From assembly GCF_055900595.2 (NCBI RefSeq), contig NZ_CM148325.1: a stretch of 64,000 nucleotides of DNA. The stretch is one strand, 5' to 3'. Positions within the stretch are counted from its first letter, which is position 1; each line of letters begins with the position of its first letter. Position numbers and translations under genes: made by a program. Of this stretch, positions 57,820 to 64,000 are shown piece by piece. Below the pieces are notes generated by a model. The model searched no databases. It was not told the origin of the DNA and saw only the letters and a program-made list of their open reading frames with translations.

Positions 57820-58002
57820 GGCGTAAGAATTGTATTGCAAAAGTCACGGTTTAGTCCTCTGTTGTATCTTCTGCAACTCCTTTAAATTAGGCCTCCAACG
57901 TTCCTGGGATAATGTGTAACACATGCACTGTGTTTGATATGAAGAATGAATACTCTTTTCATTCAATTCATAAATTTCATCTATGCGAAATGAGAGATAA
58001 TA

Positions 58003-59166
58003 GTGGAACAGATTAATTCAAATAAAAAACATTCTGACAGAAGAAAATATTTTGCTTTATTAGCAGTGGTTTTATTTATTGCGTTTTCAGGAGCCTATGC
58101 CTATTGGTCACTGGAATTAGAAGACATGATTAGTACAGATGACGCCTATGTTACGGGGAATGCTGATCCAATTTCTGCACAAGTCTCAGGCAGTGTCACT
58201 GTCGTTAATCATAAAGATACGAACTTTGTTCGACAGGGTGACATTTTAGTTTCACTGGATAAAACTGATGCTACGATTGCACTCAATAAAGCTAAAAATA
58301 ATCTGGCAAATATTGTGCGACAAACGAATAAACTATACTTACAGGATAAACAATACAGTGCCGAAGTCGCTTCAGCACGTATCCAGTATCAACAATCTTT
58401 AGAAGATTATAATCGTCGTGTGCCGCTAGCAAAGCAGGGGGTTATTTCAAAAGAAACGCTGGAGCACACCAAAGATACGTTAATAAGTAGCAAAGCGGCA
58501 TTGAATGCAGCTATTCAGGCTTATAAAGCGAACAAAGCCTTAGTAATGAACACACCATTAAATCGCCAGCCACAAGTTGTTGAAGCTGCGGATGCAACCA
58601 AAGAAGCCTGGTTGGCGCTTAAACGTACGGATATTAAGAGTCCGGTTACCGGTTATATTGCCCAGAGAAGTGTTCAGGTCGGCGAAACAGTGAGTCCTGG
58701 ACAATCGTTAATGGCTGTCGTACCGGCACGTCAAATGTGGGTTAATGCCAACTTTAAAGAAACACAACTCACGGATGTACGGATTGGTCAATCGGTTAAT
58801 ATAATCAGCGATCTTTATGGTGAAAATGTTGTGTTTCATGGTCAGGTGACAGGGATCAATATGGGAACCGGCAATGCGTTCTCCTTATTACCTGCACAAA
58901 ATGCGACAGGGAACTGGATCAAAATCGTTCAGCGTGTACCGGTTGAGGTGTCTCTGGATCCAAAAGAACTCATGGAACATCCCTTGCGCATTGGTTTATC
59001 GATGACTGCAACCATTGATACCAGGAACGAAGACATTGCCGATATGCCTGATCTGGCTTCATCCGTGACGTCAATGCCTGCTTACACCAGTAAGGCCTTA
59101 GTTATCGATACCAGTCCGATAGAAAAAGAGATTAACAACATTATTTCTCATAATGGACAACTTTAA
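58003..59166 (+). CDS. emrK: Multidrug efflux periplasmic adaptor EmrK (EmrA paralog)
   Basis: 387 aa HlyD-family membrane fusion protein. Confidence 0.93.
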   Translation: MEQINSNKKHSDRRKYFALLAVVLFIAFSGAYAYWSLELEDMISTDDAYVTGNADPISAQVSGSVTVVNHKDTNFVRQGDILVSLDKTDATIALNKAKNNLANIVRQTNKLYLQDKQYSAEVASARIQYQQSLEDYNRRVPLAKQGVISKETLEHTKDTLISSKAALNAAIQAYKANKALVMNTPLNRQPQVVEAADATKEAWLALKRTDIKSPVTGYIAQRSVQVGETVSPGQSLMAVVPARQMWVNANFKETQLTDVRIGQSVNIISDLYGENVVFHGQVTGINMGTGNAFSLLPAQNATGNWIKIVQRVPVEVSLDPKELMEHPLRIGLSMTATIDTRNEDIADMPDLASSVTSMPAYTSKALVIDTSPIEKEINNIISHNGQL

Positions 59167-60704
59167 TGGCAATCACTAAATCAACTCCGGCACCATTAAC
59201 CGGTGGGACGTTATGGTGCGTCACTATTGCATTGTCATTAGCGACGTTTATGCAAATGTTGGACTCCACTATTTCTAACGTCGCAATACCCACAATATCT
59301 GGCTTTCTCGGAGCATCAACGGACGAAGGCACATGGGTTATCACATCGTTTGGCGTAGCAAATGCCATTGCGATCCCTGTTACCGGCAGGCTGGCACAAA
59401 GAATAGGCGAATTAAGGTTATTTTTACTATCAGTAACCTTCTTTTCGCTGTCTTCATTAATGTGTAGTCTTTCGACTAATCTTGATGTTCTTATATTTTT
59501 TAGAGTCGTCCAGGGATTAATGGCGGGGCCGTTAATTCCATTGTCACAGAGTTTATTATTAAGGAATTATCCGCCAGAAAAAAGAACATTTGCTTTGGCG
59601 TTATGGTCAATGACCGTAATTATCGCTCCGATTTGTGGGCCGATATTGGGTGGCTATATTTGTGATAACTTTAGTTGGGGATGGATATTTTTAATCAATG
59701 TCCCTATGGGGATTATCGTCCTGACATTATGTTTAACTTTACTTAAAGGAAGAGAAACTGAAACTTCACCGGTCAAAATGAATTTACCAGGGTTGACCCT
59801 GTTAGTGCTCGGTGTTGGTGGCTTGCAAATTATGCTTGATAAAGGGCGCGATCTGGATTGGTTTAACTCGAGTACAATCATAATATTAACAATAGTGTCA
59901 GTTATTTCTCTGATCTCTCTAGTCATTTGGGAGTCGACCTCAGAGAACCCGATTCTTGACCTCAGTTTATTCACGTCGCGTAATTTCACCATTGGTATTG
60001 TGTGTATCACATGCGCATATTTATTTTACTCTGGGGCGATTGTACTTATGCCGCAGTTGCTGCAGGAAACTATGGGGTATAATGCGATATGGGCCGGGCT
60101 TGCCTATGCGCCAATCGGCATAATGCCACTATTAATATCGCCTTTAATAGGACGTTATGGCAACAAAATTGATATGCGTGCATTGGTTACATTTAGTTTT
60201 TTGATGTATGCGGTTTGCTATTACTGGCGTTCTGTGACATTTATGCCAACGATTGATTTCACAGGCATCATTTTGCCACAGTTTTTCCAGGGATTCGCCG
60301 TTGCCTGTTTCTTTTTACCCTTAACAACGATTTCGTTTTCAGGGTTGCCAGATAATAAATTTGCCAATGCCTCGAGTATGAGTAATTTTTTTCGTACCCT
60401 GTCAGGATCAGTTGGTACGTCGTTGACAATGACGTTGTGGGGACGACGCGAATCGTTACACCATAGTCAGTTGACAGCAACCATCGATCAATTTAACCCC
60501 GTGTTTAATTCATCATCACAAATTATGGATAAATACTATGGTTCGCTTTCAGGGGTTCTTAATGAAATTAATAATGAAATAACTCAGCAGTCACTTTCAA
60601 TTTCTGCAAATGAGATTTTCCGTATGGCGGCTATTGCTTTTATCTTACTTACGGTATTGGTTTGGTTTGCGAAACCGCCGTTTACAGCGAAAGGTGTTGG
60701 GTGA
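59166..60704 (+). CDS. emrY: Multidrug efflux MFS transporter EmrY (EmrB paralog)
   Basis: 512 aa, 14-TM MFS; start overlaps emrK stop. Confidence 0.93.
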   Translation: MAITKSTPAPLTGGTLWCVTIALSLATFMQMLDSTISNVAIPTISGFLGASTDEGTWVITSFGVANAIAIPVTGRLAQRIGELRLFLLSVTFFSLSSLMCSLSTNLDVLIFFRVVQGLMAGPLIPLSQSLLLRNYPPEKRTFALALWSMTVIIAPICGPILGGYICDNFSWGWIFLINVPMGIIVLTLCLTLLKGRETETSPVKMNLPGLTLLVLGVGGLQIMLDKGRDLDWFNSSTIIILTIVSVISLISLVIWESTSENPILDLSLFTSRNFTIGIVCITCAYLFYSGAIVLMPQLLQETMGYNAIWAGLAYAPIGIMPLLISPLIGRYGNKIDMRALVTFSFLMYAVCYYWRSVTFMPTIDFTGIILPQFFQGFAVACFFLPLTTISFSGLPDNKFANASSMSNFFRTLSGSVGTSLTMTLWGRRESLHHSQLTATIDQFNPVFNSSSQIMDKYYGSLSGVLNEINNEITQQSLSISANEIFRMAAIAFILLTVLVWFAKPPFTAKGVG

Positions 60705-60781
60705 TGGTAAAAAGAGGAGGCTAGAGCAGGCAAGTCCGCGGAATTTTGAACCTGTACCATCATTTTATATGGATATTATCA

Positions 60782-60821
60782 GGCAGCATCGCTCACCCAG
60801 GGAAAGGATGGCGATGCTGCG
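60782..60821. other. Perfect 10-bp inverted repeat hairpin between convergent emrY and dsdA (possible terminator)
   Basis: gcagcatcgc ... gcgatgctgc; no T-run. Confidence 0.3.
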
Positions 60822-60832
60822 GTGAAACGTTA

Positions 60833-62161
60833 TTAACGGCCTTTAGCCAGATATTGCTTCATCTCTTCTTCCGGCACCATTCCACCTCCTGTCGCCCACA
60901 CCAGATGAGTGGCATTACGCAGTTGTTCTGTGCTGAAACCTTGCATCTGTTGGTAAATTACTGATGCGCACACGCGCTGAGGCCCGGCCATACCCGCCAG
61001 TGCTGAAGGCTCAAGACGAATGTCTTCTTCCTGCGCCAGCCAGCCAAGCATGTCATACATGGTTTGATCGCTAAGGGTATAGAAGCCATCCAGCAGACGC
61101 TCCATTGCCCGCCCGACAAAGCCTGATGCGCGACCAACAGCAAGGCCATCCGCTGCGGTAAGGTTGTCGATACCAATATCCTGAACAGAAATCTGATCGT
61201 GTAATCCAGTATGGACGCCTAACAGCATACAAGGGGAGTGCGTGGGTTCGGCAAAAAAGCAGTGAACATGATCGCCAAACGCCAGTTTAAGACCGAATGC
61301 GACGCCACCAGGACCACCGCCAACGCCACACGGCAGATAGACAAACAGAGGGTTACCAGCATCGACGATACGACCTTGCTTGGCAAATTGCGCTTTAAGA
61401 CGCTGGCCTGCGACGGAATACCCAAGGAACAACGTGCGGGAATTCTCGTCATCAATAAAGAAACAGTTCGGGTCAGACTGCGCTGCTTTACGTCCTTCCT
61501 CGACGGCAACCCCATAATCTTGCTCATATTCCACGACCGTAACGCCATGGCTGCGCAGTTTCTCTTTTTTCCATGCTCGGGCATCAGCAGACATATGCAC
61601 TGTCACCTTAAAGCCAATGCGGGCGCTCATAATGCCGATTGATAACCCCAGATTTCCGGTTGAGCCCACAGCAATGCTGTATTGGCTAAAGAACTGTTTA
61701 AACTCCGGAGAAAGCAGTTTGCTGTAGTCATCTTCAAGCGTCAGCAACCCTGCTTCCAGAGCCAGTTTTTCTGCATGTGCCAGGACTTCATAAATCCCGC
61801 CGCGTGCTTTTATGGAGCCGGAAATAGGCAAATGGCTATCTTTTTTCAGTAACAGTTGCCCGCTGATCGGTTGCTGATATTCCTTTTCCAGCCGTTTTTG
61901 CATAGCCGGAATGGCAACCAGTTCTGATTCAATAATCCCTCCAGAGGCAGCCGTTTCAGGAAATGCTTTTGCCAGATAGGGGGCAAAACGAGATAAGCGC
62001 GCATGGGCGTCCTGAACATCCTGTTCGGTCAGGCCAACATAAGGTAAACCTTCAGCCAATGAGGTCGTGCCAGGATTGAACCAGGTGGTTTCTTTAAGAG
62101 CAACCAGATCCTTTACCAACGGATACTGGGCGATGAGCGAGTTCATTTTAGCGTTTTCCAT
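60833..62161 (-). CDS. dsdA: D-serine ammonia-lyase (D-serine dehydratase)
   Basis: 442 aa [19 protein letters not shown]...; PLP-lysine context SGSIKARGG. Confidence 0.95.
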   Translation of the reverse strand: MENAKMNSLIAQYPLVKDLVALKETTWFNPGTTSLAEGLPYVGLTEQDVQDAHARLSRFAPYLAKAFPETAASGGIIESELVAIPAMQKRLEKEYQQPISGQLLLKKDSHLPISGSIKARGGIYEVLAHAEKLALEAGLLTLEDDYSKLLSPEFKQFFSQYSIAVGSTGNLGLSIGIMSARIGFKVTVHMSADARAWKKEKLRSHGVTVVEYEQDYGVAVEEGRKAAQSDPNCFFIDDENSRTLFLGYSVAGQRLKAQFAKQGRIVDAGNPLFVYLPCGVGGGPGGVAFGLKLAFGDHVHCFFAEPTHSPCMLLGVHTGLHDQISVQDIGIDNLTAADGLAVGRASGFVGRAMERLLDGFYTLSDQTMYDMLGWLAQEEDIRLEPSALAGMAGPQRVCASVIYQQMQGFSTEQLRNATHLVWATGGGMVPEEEMKQYLAKGR

Positions 62162-62361
62162 AGTATGTCTCTTTGCGCTTCGATGATAAATGACAGCAGG
62201 AATGTGCCCGCCAGAGCGACGACTGAAGCGATAAATGTCGCTGTCGTATAGTATTTATATGTTTCACTGAGCGTAGCGCCGCAAAATTGTTTCATCAGCC
62301 AGAAAAACGAGTCCGTAACGATCGTGCAGCCAATCGCAATAATTTCCGGGCTGATGTCTGG
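62143..62361 (-). pseudogene. dsdX: 3'-terminal remnant of D-serine transporter gene dsdX (about 72 codons, 5' truncated)
   Basis: Hand translation of minus strand gives [60 protein letters not shown]..., a GntP-family C-terminus; frame closed by in-frame TAA at 62362-62364; overlaps dsdA start. Confidence 0.5.
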
Positions 62362-62617
62362 TTACAGCCACAGCACAATGATCCATATTTATATTTTTTC
62401 TCCGGGTGGGTGATGCCAGTCGGCATGTTTTACCTACTTGTCTGCATGGTGACTCGTTGGCGAGAACAGAGGCGGAATTGGTTACAATTGTCCGGGAATT
62501 CTTGTTATTTTTTACTGTATTGTCGTGTCGGGTGATAGGACGTTAAGAATATCGCTGGATCTCGCCAGTGACGTCTGTTTCTGCTACAGTGCCCGTTTTA
62601 CGGCAAACGGCTTGGGT

Positions 62618-63613
62618 ATGGCTTCATTAAAGGATGTCGCACGCCTGGCGGGAGTGTCGATGATGACTGTCTCCCGGGTGATGCATAATGCAGAATCTGT
62701 GCGTCCTGCAACGCGTGACCGCGTATTGCAGGCAATCCAAACCCTGAATTATGTTCCTGATCTTTCCGCTCGTAAGATGCGCGCTCAGGGACGTAAGCCG
62801 TCGACTCTCGCCGTGCTGGCGCAGGATACTGCTACCACTCCTTTCTCTGTTGATATTCTGCTTGCCATTGAACAAACCGCCAGCGAGTTTGGCTGGAATA
62901 GTTTTTTAATCAATATTTTTTCTGAAGATGACGCTGCCCGCGCGGCACGTCAGCTGCTTGCCCTCCGTCCGGATGGCATTATCTATTCTACAATGGGACT
63001 GAGGCATATCACGCTGCCTGAGTCTCTGCATGGTGAAAATATTGTATTGGCGAACTGTGTGGCGGATGACCCAGCGTTACCCAGTTATATCCCTGATGAT
63101 TACACTGCCCAATATGAAGCAACACAGCATTTGCTCGCGGCAGGCTATCGTCAACCGTTATGCTTCTGGCTACCGGAAGGTGCGTTGGCAACAGGGTATC
63201 GTCGGCAGGGATTTGAGCAGGCCTGGCGTGATGCTGGACGAGATCTGGCTGAGGTGAAACAATTTCACATGGTCATAGGTGATGATCACTACACCGATCT
63301 CGCAAGTATACTCAATGCCCACTTCCCGTCTGGAAAACCAGATTTTGATGTTCTGATTTGTGGTAACGATCGCGCAGCCTTTGTGGCTTATCAGGTTCTT
63401 CTGGCGAAGGGGGTACGTATCCCGCAGGATGTCGCCGTAATGGGCTTTGATAATCTGGTTGGCGTCGGGCATCTGTTTTTACCGCCGCTGACCACAATTC
63501 AGCTTCCACATGACATTATCGGGCGGGAAGCTGCATTGCATATTATTGAAGGTCGTGAAGGGGGAAGGGTAACGCAGATCCCTTGCCCGCTGTTGATCCG
63601 TTGTTCCACCTGA
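62618..63613 (+). CDS. cscR: LacI-family sucrose operon repressor CscR (start trimmed to MASLKDV)
   Basis: 331 aa from trimmed start; LacI-type HTH (MASLKDVARLAGVSMMTVSRVMHN) and periplasmic-binding-like sugar domain. Confidence 0.85.
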   Translation: MASLKDVARLAGVSMMTVSRVMHNAESVRPATRDRVLQAIQTLNYVPDLSARKMRAQGRKPSTLAVLAQDTATTPFSVDILLAIEQTASEFGWNSFLINIFSEDDAARAARQLLALRPDGIIYSTMGLRHITLPESLHGENIVLANCVADDPALPSYIPDDYTAQYEATQHLLAAGYRQPLCFWLPEGALATGYRRQGFEQAWRDAGRDLAEVKQFHMVIGDDHYTDLASILNAHFPSGKPDFDVLICGNDRAAFVAYQVLLAKGVRIPQDVAVMGFDNLVGVGHLFLPPLTTIQLPHDIIGREAALHIIEGREGGRVTQIPCPLLIRCST

Positions 63614-63620
63614 TATTATG

Positions 63621-64000
63621 TTACCCCAGTTGCCAGAGTGCTCCATGTTTCAGCACGGCCACTCCGTGGGCGGCATAGAGCGACAGTTCCCGTTCTTCTG
63701 GCTGCGGATAGATTCGGCTACTCATCACTGCTTCCCCGTCGTTAATAAATACTTCCACGGATGATGTATCGATAAATATCCTTAGGGCGAGCGTGTCACG
63801 CTGCGGGAGGGGAATACTACGGTAACCATCTAAATTCTCGTGTGGGTAATACCGCCACAAAACAAGTCGCTCAGATTGGTTATCAATATACAGCCGCATT
63901 CCCGTGCCGAGCTGTAATCCGTAATGTTCGGCATCGCTGTTCTTCAGAGCCCAGTGCAACTGAATCTCAACCGCTTGCGCGTTTTCCTGCAAAACATATT
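63621..64000 (-). CDS. cscA: Sucrose-6-phosphate hydrolase / invertase CscA (GH32), C-terminal part only; gene runs off right edge
   Basis: Minus-strand ORF ending 7 nt from cscR stop, C-terminal beta-sandwich-like sequence; convergent cscR-cscA arrangement typical of the csc locus. Confidence 0.75.
   Translation of the reverse strand, partial: YVLQENAQAVEIQLHWALKNSDAEHYGLQLGTGMRLYIDNQSERLVLWRYYPHENLDGYRSIPLPQRDTLALRIFIDTSSVEVFINDGEAVMSSRIYPQPEERELSLYAAHGVAVLKHGALWQLG

Overview
This window reads as ordinary Escherichia coli chromosome, gene-for-gene collinear with the K-12 MG1655 region of roughly 2.47-2.54 Mb in reverse-complement orientation, and I found no clearly undescribed multi-gene system in it. 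Gene order is cysP(3' end)-cysU-cysW-cysA-cysM, yfeS, yfeK, pdxK, crr-ptsI-ptsH, cysK, cysZ, zipA-ligA-ypeB, yfeH, yfeR, yfeN, xapA-xapB-xapR, lysV-valY-valX-valU tRNAs, gltX, yfeD-yfeC, two tRNA-Ala genes, yfeA(pdeA), nupC, mntH, ypeC, yfeO, glk, fryBC-ypdFE-fryA, ypdCBA, alaC, ypdK, lpxP, yfdY, ypdI, yfdX-frc-oxc-yfdV-yfdE, evgSA, emrKY, dsdA. All identifications come from reading the supplied translations and the DNA against remembered protein families and E. coli gene order; no database search or numerical computation was possible. The one clearly strain-variable element is at the right edge: instead of dsdX-dsdC, dsdA is followed by a short dsdX 3' remnant and then the sucrose (csc) locus (cscR, and the 3' part of cscA running off the window). 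A second strain difference is that the nupC-yfeA spacer lacks the IS186 copy that I recall at this position in MG1655. No CRISPR array, prophage, integrase or transposase was seen. The hunt therefore yields regulatory and structural observations: EvgA-box palindromes, a MntR/Fur operator pair, a tRNA 3'-end/terminator duplication, REP elements and the island junction. Many long ORFs in the six-frame track are antisense shadows of real genes or over-extended N-termini and were not called.
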